A DNA stretch of 24,554 nt, from NCBI GenBank assembly GCA_043750125.1, contig JAYVCD010000132.1, positions 1 to 24,554 of the forward strand, in the 5' to 3' direction. This DNA is from Archangiaceae bacterium (lineage in GTDB: Bacteria; Myxococcota; Myxococcia; Myxococcales; Myxococcaceae). Under the pieces are notes generated by a model. That model was not told where the DNA came from. It searched no databases and saw only the letters and a program-made list of their open reading frames with translations. Shown here piece by piece: positions 8,567-16,098 of this stretch. Within the stretch, counting starts at the first letter, position 1; each line of letters begins with the position of its first letter. Both the position numbers and the translations under genes were made by a program.

Positions 8567-9133
8567 TCAAAAATGAAAAGTCAGGCTCGCTTTTTGAGCG
8601 ACTGACTGGGGGAGGATTTCGAAAAGCAATGCCGCGACCAGGGTCGCAGCCGCGGCCCCATAAATCACATTGGCGGTCGCCGCCGATGCGCGTGCGGTTT
8701 CCAGCGCCTGGGCTGCCTCGCGTGCCGTGCCGATGGTCTCTGCGCGCTTGGCTTCACCCTGTGCCGAATACGCAAATGCAAGGCCCGCGACCACCAGTCC
8801 CCCCCCCACCAGGTAGGCATACCGGTACCGGGGAAGTTCGTTGGCCGGCTTTTCGAGCTCGGGCCTCTCATGGGCGACCGCCTGAGCGGCGGGGGGCTCT
8901 TCGCGCTTGGCCGGGCTGGCTGGTTTGGGCAGATCCGGCTTTTCGGCGACCGGGGTCTTTTTCCTTTTCGGGGTCAGCTCGACATCGTCGAACTTCCGAT
9001 CGGATCCTTCCGCTTTCGATTTCTTTTTCGGCTTGGCGTCCTCATCGTTGGTCGGCGCTTCTTCCTTCTGAGCGTGGGTTGCCGAAGGCAGGGCCACGAA
9101 CAAACAGACCAGCAGGGGGAGCGTGCGCCTCAT
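8567..9133 (-). CDS. Exported protein with charged/Pro-rich linker, C-terminal hydrophobic hairpin and terminal Phe
   Basis: ATG 9133: MRRTLPLLVCLFVALPSATHA signal peptide, K/E/P-rich region, two hydrophobic segments, ends ASLTFHF. Confidence 0.7.
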   Translation of the reverse strand: MRRTLPLLVCLFVALPSATHAQKEEAPTNDEDAKPKKKSKAEGSDRKFDDVELTPKRKKTPVAEKPDLPKPASPAKREEPPAAQAVAHERPELEKPANELPRYRYAYLVGGGLVVAGLAFAYSAQGEAKRAETIGTAREAAQALETARASAATANVIYGAAAATLVAALLFEILPQSVAQKASLTFHF

Positions 9134-9159
9134 CGGGAGGCCGACTATACCGCCGCCCA

Positions 9160-9360
9160 ATGCAGGTGCACGTGAACGGCGAAGTACGCGAAATCGCAAT
9201 AGGCCTGCCTCTGTCGGCGTTGCTTTTGACGATGAAGATCGACACCCAGCAGGTGGCCATCGAGGTCAATGCGCAGATCGTCCGCCGCGCCGATCACCCC
9301 AGGGTACAGCTGCAGGCAGGCGACCAAATCGAGATCGTCACTTTCGTTGGAGGAGGCTGA
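9160..9360 (+). CDS. thiS: Thiamine biosynthesis sulfur carrier protein ThiS
   Basis: MQVHVNGE...VAIEVN..IV......L..GD.IEIVTFVGGG with C-terminal GG, directly upstream of thiG. It is the tail of the 8437..9360 ORF. Confidence 0.95.
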   Translation: MQVHVNGEVREIAIGLPLSALLLTMKIDTQQVAIEVNAQIVRRADHPRVQLQAGDQIEIVTFVGGG

Positions 9361-9363
9361 AAA

Positions 9364-10131
9364 ATGTTCACCATTGCCGACAAGAGCTTTACGTCCCGGT
9401 TGATCGTTGGCACCGGCAAATACCCGTCTCTCGCCGTGATGAAACAGTGCCACGAAGAGTCGGGTGCCCAGATGGTCACGGTCGCGGTGCGACGGTTGGA
9501 CCTCAAGGCCCAGGCAGAGCAGTCGCTGCTGCATTGGGTCGATCGGTCGAAGGTGACCCTGCTTCCGAATACCGCCGGTTGCTACACCGCCGAGGACGCA
9601 GTGCGAACGTGCCGATTGGCCGAGGAACTGGGGCTCTCGAAATGGGTGAAGCTCGAGGTCCTCGGGGACGAGAAGACCTTGTTTCCCGACGTAGAAGAGA
9701 CCTTGAAGGCGGCACGAATTCTGGTGAAAGAAGGGTTCGTCGTGCTCCCGTACACGTCTGACGATCCGATCGTCGCGCGAAAGTTGGAGCAGATTGGTTG
9801 CGCGGCGGTGATGCCTCTGGCGGCGCCGATCGGCTCAGGGCTCGGCATTCGCAACCCGCACAATCTTCGGCTGGTGATTGAAGCGGTCAAAATTCCGGTG
9901 ATCGTCGATGCCGGAGTAGGTACCGCGAGCGACGCTTCGATTGCGATGGAGCTGGGCTGCGACGCCCTGCTGATGAACACCGCGATTGCGGCTGCACGAG
10001 AACCGGTGCGCATGGCGCGCGCAATGCGGCTGGCGGTCGAGGCCGGGCGCGAGGCCTTTCTCGCCGGCCGGATTCCGATGAAGGCCTACGGGTCGGCCTC
10101 GAGCCCGATTGACGGACTCGTCGGCCGGTGA
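9364..10131 (+). CDS. thiG: Thiazole synthase ThiG
   Basis: [61 protein letters not shown]. Confidence 0.97.
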   Translation: MFTIADKSFTSRLIVGTGKYPSLAVMKQCHEESGAQMVTVAVRRLDLKAQAEQSLLHWVDRSKVTLLPNTAGCYTAEDAVRTCRLAEELGLSKWVKLEVLGDEKTLFPDVEETLKAARILVKEGFVVLPYTSDDPIVARKLEQIGCAAVMPLAAPIGSGLGIRNPHNLRLVIEAVKIPVIVDAGVGTASDASIAMELGCDALLMNTAIAAAREPVRMARAMRLAVEAGREAFLAGRIPMKAYGSASSPIDGLVGR

Positions 10132-10748
10132 CCGGGCTCCCCCGGTTGGTGATCATCACCGACTGGTCAATCGGCGAAGAGCGGCTGTTGCGTCAGCTCG
10201 AGGCCGCTTTGCAGGCTCGGGCGGACGTAGCAGTGCAACATCGCAATTCTCAAGCGACGACCCGGGCGTACTTCAACCAGGGACAGCACCTCAAAGCGCT
10301 GTGCGATCGCTTCTGCGTCCCGCTGTTTGTCAGTGCTCGAATGGACGTCGCCCTGGCGCTCGACGCCCATCTGCATTTGCCCGCCTGGGTCTTGAACCCG
10401 GCCGACGTGCGCGGCCACTGGCCGAAGGGGCGCTGGCTCAGCGTGGCGGTGCACAACGACGACGAGGCGGCGGCGCGTGCGAGCGGCGCCGACTTTGCGC
10501 TTGTCAGCCCGGTATTCGAAACCGTCTCCAAGCCGGGAACAATTCCTCTCGGCCCTTCCGGCTTTGCGCTGCTGGCTCGGGCGCTGGGCTGCCCGGCATT
10601 TGCGTTAGGGGGCCTCACCCCGGAAAGGCTGGCCGCCCTGCCCGAGGCGGCAGGGGCTGCGGCGATCTCAGCCGTGCTCCACGCCGAAGACCCCGCGGCC
10701 GTGGTGCGCGCGTTTTGCCGCCCACTCGAAAACAATACGAAGGGCTGA
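10128..10748 (+). CDS. thiE: Thiamine phosphate synthase / TenI family protein (degenerate ThiE active-site motifs)
   Basis: ThiE/TenI TIM-barrel pattern (VIITD, VQHR, HLP, GADF, SPVFET.SK, ALGG); GTGA overlap with thiG. See finding on altered catalytic residues. Confidence 0.75.
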   Translation: MTGLPRLVIITDWSIGEERLLRQLEAALQARADVAVQHRNSQATTRAYFNQGQHLKALCDRFCVPLFVSARMDVALALDAHLHLPAWVLNPADVRGHWPKGRWLSVAVHNDDEAAARASGADFALVSPVFETVSKPGTIPLGPSGFALLARALGCPAFALGGLTPERLAALPEAAGAAAISAVLHAEDPAAVVRAFCRPLENNTKG

Positions 10749-10776
10749 ACGACAATTTTGAAAAAGGGAGGTGCGG

Positions 10777-12900
10777 CTACCGGGTGCTGATCCGCGCGAC
10801 AGGCTGAATGTTGAGTTCAGGAGAGAGTTCCTGAAAGCTCACAACCGAGAAAGGCGGGTTGAACTCGTACTCGAGCAGCTTTCGTACGTAGCGCCGAATG
10901 TCCATTGCAGTGAGGATCACCGGCCGCTGCGCCGTGGGAGGCAGGTGGCCGCACTCGTTTTTCACCGCTTGAACGATTTCCTGGGCGATGTCCGGCTCGA
11001 GCGCCAGGTGCGTACCCGCCGACGTGCGCTTGATCGACGCCCGAATCGCTTCTTCGATCTGGGGATCCAACAGGTACACGACCAGGGTGTTCGTCCCGCG
11101 CGCATACTTATGTGAGACGTAGCGCTTGTGTGCCGAGCGCACATGCTCGGTGAGCATCACGCTGTCGGCTTCGGTCTGCCCATTCTCGGCAAGCGCCTGA
11201 AGAATCCCCCGCAGGTCGCGCACTGAAATCTCTTCTTCGACCAGTCGACCGAGAATGTCGGTCAGCTTGAGAATCGACACCACCTTCGGAACGACTTCCT
11301 TCACCGTTGCAGGAAACGCTTTCTCGAGCTGATCCAGCATCGTCTGAACTTCCTGAATGCCGATGAACTCGCGGGCATATCGGCGCAGCACCGCCGCCGT
11401 ATGCAAAATGATGTAGCCCGGAACGTCCCAGGTGGTCAGGCCGGTGGCCTCGAGCATCTCTTTGTTCGACTCGGGCACCCAGGCGGCGGGTTGCCGGGTC
11501 GCCGGGTTGATGGCCTCGAACCCCTGTACGTTCATCAATCGCAGCCGATCGGCGGTGTCGTTCACCAAAATGTGGCCCAGCGTCGCCTGGCCGGTGACTA
11601 CGGGGACTTCGTTGATCTGAATCTGGTACGCGCCCGGCGGCAGCCCCGGATTTCCACGCGCACGCACGCCCGGGTAGCGAACTCCCAGCTCGACGAACAG
11701 CCCGTCGCGCATGAAAGGAATCAGCTCGAAGAGAAACTTGCCGTTGTCCTGCCTCGAGTCGACGAACGGGACCAGCGCGTCGGAAACCTCGAGAACGATC
11801 GGAGTCACCACGGGGATGAAGAGCTCCGAATCGGGGTTGATCGGCTCTTTGGGGGCCGGTTCGACCGCGGCCTTGGGGGCGTCCCCGTTTTCGGCGCCAT
11901 CCTCCTCTACGTCGACTTCTCCGTTGGCGACCTTCCGCGCCTTCTTCATCATCAAGTAGGCGCTGGTGGCAGCCGCGGCTCCAAGCGCGAAGAAGGGTAC
12001 CTTGGGCAAACCTGGCACCAGGCCGAGCACGATCAACATCCCACCGGCGATCGCGATCGCCTTCGGGTAGGCGGTCAGCTGCCCGCCGATGTCCTTGCCG
12101 AGGTGCGAGCCTTCTTCCTCCCCACCGACCCGGGTGACGATGATGCCGGCAGCGGTCGAGATCAGAATCGCGGGGATCATGTTCACCAGACCGTCGCCGA
12201 TGGTGAGCAGCGTGTATTTCTTGGCCGCATCTCCAACCGCGAGGCCTTTTTGGAGCACGCCGATGCTCAGGCCTCCGACGATGTTGATGACGGTGATGAT
12301 GATTCCGGCGATGGCATCGCCCTTGACGAACTTCATCGCGCCGTCCATCGCTCCGAAGAGCTGACTCTCGCGCTCGAGGTCGCGGCGTTTGCGGCGCCCT
12401 TCTTCCATCTCGATTGCGCCCGCGCGCAAGTCCGCATCGATCGACATCTGCTTGCCGGGCATCGCGTCGAGAGTGAACCGGGCGGCGACTTCGGCGACCC
12501 GCTCGGATCCTTTCGCGATGACGAGGAAGTTCACCACCACGAGAATGATGAAGATGATTCCGCCGACCACCATGTTTCCGGCGGCCACGAATTGGCCAAA
12601 AGCCATCACCACTTCGCCCGCGTCGCCGGTTCCGAGAATCAAACGGGTGACCGAGACGCTGAGGGCCAACCGGTACATCGTCGTGATCAGCAGCACCGTT
12701 GGAAAAACGGTGATCTGCAACGCACTGGGAATGTAGAGCGCGATCAGAAGGATGACGACCGACAGGCTGATGTTGACCGTCAGCAGCAGGTCCAGCAGCA
12801 GGTGCGGCAACGGGACGATCATCATCCCGACGATCGAGACCATGACGATCGCCAGGACGATGTCGGAGTATTTGTTGATGAACGAGTTCTTCGACGCCAT
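10777..12900 (-). CDS. sctV: T3SS export gate protein SctV (LcrD/FlhA family)
   Basis: N-terminal TM helices, KGSERVAEVAARFTLDAMPGKQMSIDADL, FGAMDGAMKFVKGDAIAG, LTIGDGLV, large cytoplasmic domain. Confidence 0.97.
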   Translation of the reverse strand: MASKNSFINKYSDIVLAIVMVSIVGMMIVPLPHLLLDLLLTVNISLSVVILLIALYIPSALQITVFPTVLLITTMYRLALSVSVTRLILGTGDAGEVVMAFGQFVAAGNMVVGGIIFIILVVVNFLVIAKGSERVAEVAARFTLDAMPGKQMSIDADLRAGAIEMEEGRRKRRDLERESQLFGAMDGAMKFVKGDAIAGIIITVINIVGGLSIGVLQKGLAVGDAAKKYTLLTIGDGLVNMIPAILISTAAGIIVTRVGGEEEGSHLGKDIGGQLTAYPKAIAIAGGMLIVLGLVPGLPKVPFFALGAAAATSAYLMMKKARKVANGEVDVEEDGAENGDAPKAAVEPAPKEPINPDSELFIPVVTPIVLEVSDALVPFVDSRQDNGKFLFELIPFMRDGLFVELGVRYPGVRARGNPGLPPGAYQIQINEVPVVTGQATLGHILVNDTADRLRLMNVQGFEAINPATRQPAAWVPESNKEMLEATGLTTWDVPGYIILHTAAVLRRYAREFIGIQEVQTMLDQLEKAFPATVKEVVPKVVSILKLTDILGRLVEEEISVRDLRGILQALAENGQTEADSVMLTEHVRSAHKRYVSHKYARGTNTLVVYLLDPQIEEAIRASIKRTSAGTHLALEPDIAQEIVQAVKNECGHLPPTAQRPVILTAMDIRRYVRKLLEYEFNPPFSVVSFQELSPELNIQPVARISTR

Positions 12901-12938
12901 CGAGCTTTGAGCTTACCCCCACCCGCTGCCAGCGCACA

Positions 12939-13598
12939 CTACCGACGGGCGCGCTTGAACAACGCTTTTGCCATTCGCAGCAGCCGGGTGGCCCGCTCGA
13001 CAAAGGGGTCGTCCGAGGCGCCCAGGTCCAGCGCCCGGCTCAAATCTTCCACCGCCCCCTTCACCTTTCCGCGATTGAGCAGAATTTCTCCCCGGTACAC
13101 CAGGGCCGAGACGTCGTCAGGGTCGATCTCGAGCGCCAGCTGGAAGAGCGCCAGGGCGCGCGCCTGGTCTTTGAGCGCCAGGTAGATGGTCCCCAACATG
13201 GTGTGGGCGAAGGCGTCCTTCGAGCCCGTGGCAACGAGGCCTTCGAAGATCAGCTTGGCCTCATTCACTTTTCCCATTTCGAACAGTTGGTGGCCCACCA
13301 GCGAAAGGTCGGCCACTTCCTGCAAGCTCTTGCGCCGCAGTGCTTTTCCCGGCGGCGAAGCCTGTGCCTGGGGAACTTCTTTGGTCTTTCTCCGCTTTCG
13401 CTCTGCCGCCACGCGGCGAAGGGTGTTGGGCGTGAGACGGGCTTCAGGCTCGACCGCGTCGACCTCGGTGACGACTTCGTCCAGCGACCCAATTTCGGCG
13501 AGGGTCTGAGTCGTCCGCGGGATGAAGGGTGGAGCTTTTTTCGGGAAGTAGATGACCGTGACCGGTCGACCCATTCCCGAGCGCTTTGTGGGTTTCAT
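12939..13598 (-). CDS. TPR protein, T3SS chaperone-like, with basic N-terminal extension
   Basis: GHQLFEMGK..EAK.IFEGL, AHTMLGTIY, ALVYRGE TPR repeats; adjacent to sctV. Start uncertain. Confidence 0.8.
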   Translation of the reverse strand: MKPTKRSGMGRPVTVIYFPKKAPPFIPRTTQTLAEIGSLDEVVTEVDAVEPEARLTPNTLRRVAAERKRRKTKEVPQAQASPPGKALRRKSLQEVADLSLVGHQLFEMGKVNEAKLIFEGLVATGSKDAFAHTMLGTIYLALKDQARALALFQLALEIDPDDVSALVYRGEILLNRGKVKGAVEDLSRALDLGASDDPFVERATRLLRMAKALFKRARR

Positions 13599-13644
13599 TC
13601 AAGAGCGCGCGGGCTGGGTTCGAAGTGCAGCGCGGGCGGTGCGA

Positions 13645-14310
13645 CTACTTCTTCTTCGCGACCTTCGCCGGAGGTGCCTTCGCGGGTGGAGCGGCCTTTT
13701 TCGCCGGCGCAGCGGCAGGCTTGTCGGCCTTTTTTTCACTCGGGCCGGCGTCGTCGCCCTTCTGGGCCTGCTCGATCATTTCGAGGGCTGCCGCCGCTAA
13801 GACCCGTGCACGGTGGGTGAGCGGATCGGTGCCCTTGGGATCCAGGTCAACCGCTGCCTTGAAATCTTCCGCCGCCTCGAGAATCTTTCCCTGACGGAGG
13901 TGAACTTCACCGCGATTGACGTAGGAGGCGATTTCCTTGTTGTTGAGCTTGATCGCCTGGTTGAAGCACCGCAGGGCCAGATCAAGGTCTTCTTTGGCGA
14001 GGTGAACCGCGCCAAGCGCCGTCAAGTAATAGGCCTCACGGGGATCGAGCGCCTGGAGGCCGGTGAAAATGACCTCGGCGTCATCAAGCCGGCCTTGCTC
14101 ATAGAGCTGAAAGCCAACCATCGCCATGGACAACATTTCCGGGCCGTTGATTGCGTTGAGCTCTTGAAGAGTCAGCTCGCCTTTCAACCACTTTTGAACC
14201 CGCTCAGTGCTGTAGAGGATCTTCTCCCAATCCGGCGTCACTTCTCCAGGCTTGGAAGCAGCTTTGGTGTCTTGCTTGGAAGGAACGACGGGTTCCTGCT
14301 GGTTCGCCAT
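13645..14310 (-). CDS. SycD/LcrH/IpgC-like TPR chaperone with Ala/Lys/Pro-rich tail
   Basis: G.LTLQELNAI...MAMVGFQLYEQGRLDDAEVIF..L..LDP....YLTALG resembles class II chaperones. Start set at ATG 14310. Confidence 0.85.
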   Translation of the reverse strand: MANQQEPVVPSKQDTKAASKPGEVTPDWEKILYSTERVQKWLKGELTLQELNAINGPEMLSMAMVGFQLYEQGRLDDAEVIFTGLQALDPREAYYLTALGAVHLAKEDLDLALRCFNQAIKLNNKEIASYVNRGEVHLRQGKILEAAEDFKAAVDLDPKGTDPLTHRARVLAAAALEMIEQAQKGDDAGPSEKKADKPAAAPAKKAAPPAKAPPAKVAKKK

Positions 14311-14326
14311 AAGTTTTGAAACCCCC

Positions 14327-14364
14327 AAAAATAAAACGGGCGCTTCCCGATTGGAAAGCGCCCG
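14327..14364 (-). terminator. Intrinsic (rho-independent) terminator after the 212-aa gene
   Basis: Minus strand CGGGCGCTTTCC-AATC-GGGAAGCGCCCG (12-bp stem, one G-U pair) followed by TTTTATTTTT. Confidence 0.9.
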
Positions 14365-14402
14365 GAACCTAAAGAACGTTGCGGTAAGCGTCTACCTAAA
14401 AA

Positions 14403-15041
14403 TTACCGGGGCAGGTTGCCGATGATGCTCTTCTTCATTTCGTGCGAGTTCGCCATGATCTTGCTCATCATCTCGTACATCCGGTTGTACTTGCCGAGGT
14501 CCTTCTGGAACTGCGCGAGCTCCGCTTCGGTGGCATTCTTGCCGGGGAACGGGGGCTCGGTCAGATCTCCGAGGGCAGAAGCGGCGCGATCTTCAATCGT
14601 TGAACCGCTGTTGCGGATGTTGACGTTGCTGCCTGCGCGAGCCTGCGCAATCGCAGCTTCGCCAGCGGCAGTCGCGGCGGCCTGGCCGGACGCGCGCTCG
14701 GGCGAGCCAATCTGCGGCAGCGTGACCGGAGGAGTCCCGGCCGGCGCGCCGGCGACTTCGCGCGGCATGCCCATCAGCCTGGCGAGGAAGTCCTGAACAT
14801 TTTTGGGGCTCGCCAGATCCTGGCCAGCGGTGACGCCCCGGTCGATCAGCCTGTTGAGCAGGCCAGCGAGGGGCGAGGGCAGACCGGAGAAGAGGCCTTT
14901 CGCGAGGGCACCAGCTCCGCCGATGAACTTGTCAGCGATCGACGCGAGCGTCTTGCTGACTTCAGGGGCGATCGCCTTGAACAGCGCGGGGCCAACGGTG
15001 CTGATGACGTTCTTGAAAATGCTACCAATGTTGAGGCCCAT
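14403..15041 (-). CDS. Putative T3SS-secreted structural protein; C-terminus resembles the SctF (PrgI/YscF) needle helix
   Basis: Strong SD (GGAGA), no Sec signal, amphipathic N-terminus. C-terminal LAQFQKDLGKYNRMYEMMSKIMANSHEMKKSIIGNL is preceded by a PxxP turn. The CDS is well supported; the function is inferred. Confidence 0.7.
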   Translation of the reverse strand: MGLNIGSIFKNVISTVGPALFKAIAPEVSKTLASIADKFIGGAGALAKGLFSGLPSPLAGLLNRLIDRGVTAGQDLASPKNVQDFLARLMGMPREVAGAPAGTPPVTLPQIGSPERASGQAAATAAGEAAIAQARAGSNVNIRNSGSTIEDRAASALGDLTEPPFPGKNATEAELAQFQKDLGKYNRMYEMMSKIMANSHEMKKSIIGNLPR

Positions 15042-15104
15042 GTTGTTTCTCCGGTTCGTTACGACTGGTTGGTGGGGAGTGACCCCCGAGAACTACTGTA
15101 GCAG

Positions 15105-15131
15105 TTATCGCCTCACCGCCCGCGCAGTTGC
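15105..15131 (-). promoter_or_regulatory. Putative sigma28 (FliA/WhiG)-type promoter
   Basis: Minus strand GCAA (15128-15131), 15-nt spacer, GGCGATAA (15105-15112), versus consensus TAAA-N15-GCCGATAA. It lies in the 100-bp gap before the 212-aa gene. Confidence 0.6.
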
Positions 15132-15141
15132 CTACCCCCGC

Positions 15142-15606
15142 TCACTTTCTGGCGAGATTACCCAACATCGCGGAAACCTTCGTTTTCAACGCCAGATCCG
15201 AGCCGGAAAACTGGGCGCCCCGCCTCAAGTCGTCTACCGCCTGGGCCTTCTGCCCCATCGCAATCTTCACTTCCGCACGGCCCACGTAGGCAGAGGCATC
15301 CTGGGGGGAAATCTTCAGCGCTACGTCGTAGGCGGCGAGTGCACCGGCTGCGTTACCGGCGGCCATCTCGACCACCCCCAGGGCCTTGGCAAAGTACACG
15401 TCGAGCGGGTTGACCGCGTAAAGGCCCTGAAACAGGGTCCGAGCCTCGCTGATCCGGCCCTGGTAGAAGAAGAAATAGGCGGTGCGGGCGATCGAATACA
15501 GCTCGTCGTCGGTATAGCCGCGCACATCTTTGAGGGTCGCCTTCCCATCGGCCCATTTTTGAAGCCGGGCGATCAGCGCGGCTTCGTTCGGCGGTGCTTC
15601 GGGCAT
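15142..15606 (-). CDS. SycD/LcrH/IpgC family T3SS TPR chaperone
   Basis: GKATLKDVRGYTDDELYSIARTAYFFFYQGRISEARTLFQGLYAVNPLDVYFAKALG closely follows the IpgC/SicA pattern (GATLKD...AY.FY..GR..EA). Confidence 0.88.
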   Translation of the reverse strand: MPEAPPNEAALIARLQKWADGKATLKDVRGYTDDELYSIARTAYFFFYQGRISEARTLFQGLYAVNPLDVYFAKALGVVEMAAGNAAGALAAYDVALKISPQDASAYVGRAEVKIAMGQKAQAVDDLRRGAQFSGSDLALKTKVSAMLGNLARK

Positions 15607-16085
15607 CAGAACCCTTCCTCTTTTTGCTCCTCTCGCATTCTGCGTTGGATTTCGTCCATGTCGATGCTCAGATTTCCGACGAGCTGGAGCATCTGGTTCT
15701 CACGCGAAAGCAAAGACTTGAGCCGCTCGACGCGATCGGGCGCCGCACGAATCGACTGAAGCCCCATCTCGAGCAGCGCGCGCTCTTCGTCCTGGGCGCG
15801 CTGGGCGACGGTCGAAAGCCGAGACCGGTCGGTATACGACTCGATGTCGGCTTCGTGCCCCGCGGGCATCGGCGGCATGGGCAGCCGCAGCTCTTCAGCC
15901 GAATGGGCAGGGCTGATCGAATCGAGCAGCGCAGTCGAGGCGAGCGAGGGATTCTTCGGGTCGCCCTTCTTGCGGACGTTCTTCTTCTCGAGCTGGGCGC
16001 GGTTGACGAGCTTCTCGCGAACCGTGCTGGGGCCGCCCCAGGGCCATGCGGGACCACGGGGGATCTGCTGATTGATCTTCGCCAT
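15606..16085 (-). CDS. Hypothetical T3SS-associated protein (possible SctX-like chaperone client)
   Basis: Translationally coupled (TGATG) to the downstream TPR chaperone; disordered N-terminus, helical C-terminus. Confidence 0.65.
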   Translation of the reverse strand: MAKINQQIPRGPAWPWGGPSTVREKLVNRAQLEKKNVRKKGDPKNPSLASTALLDSISPAHSAEELRLPMPPMPAGHEADIESYTDRSRLSTVAQRAQDEERALLEMGLQSIRAAPDRVERLKSLLSRENQMLQLVGNLSIDMDEIQRRMREEQKEEGF

Positions 16086-16098
16086 GAAGAAATCGACT

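Noticed and set aside
8437-9159. Apparent 307-aa ThiS fusion
   Set aside because: The upstream portion is Pro/Arg-rich antisense of the exported-protein gene; only 9160-9360 is ThiS.
11108-13185. Very long alternative ORFs over sctV (11108..13003 minus, 631 aa; 11401..13185 plus, 594 aa)
   Set aside because: Arg/His-rich off-frame and antisense shadows typical of high-GC coding DNA; fully overlap a well-supported sctV.
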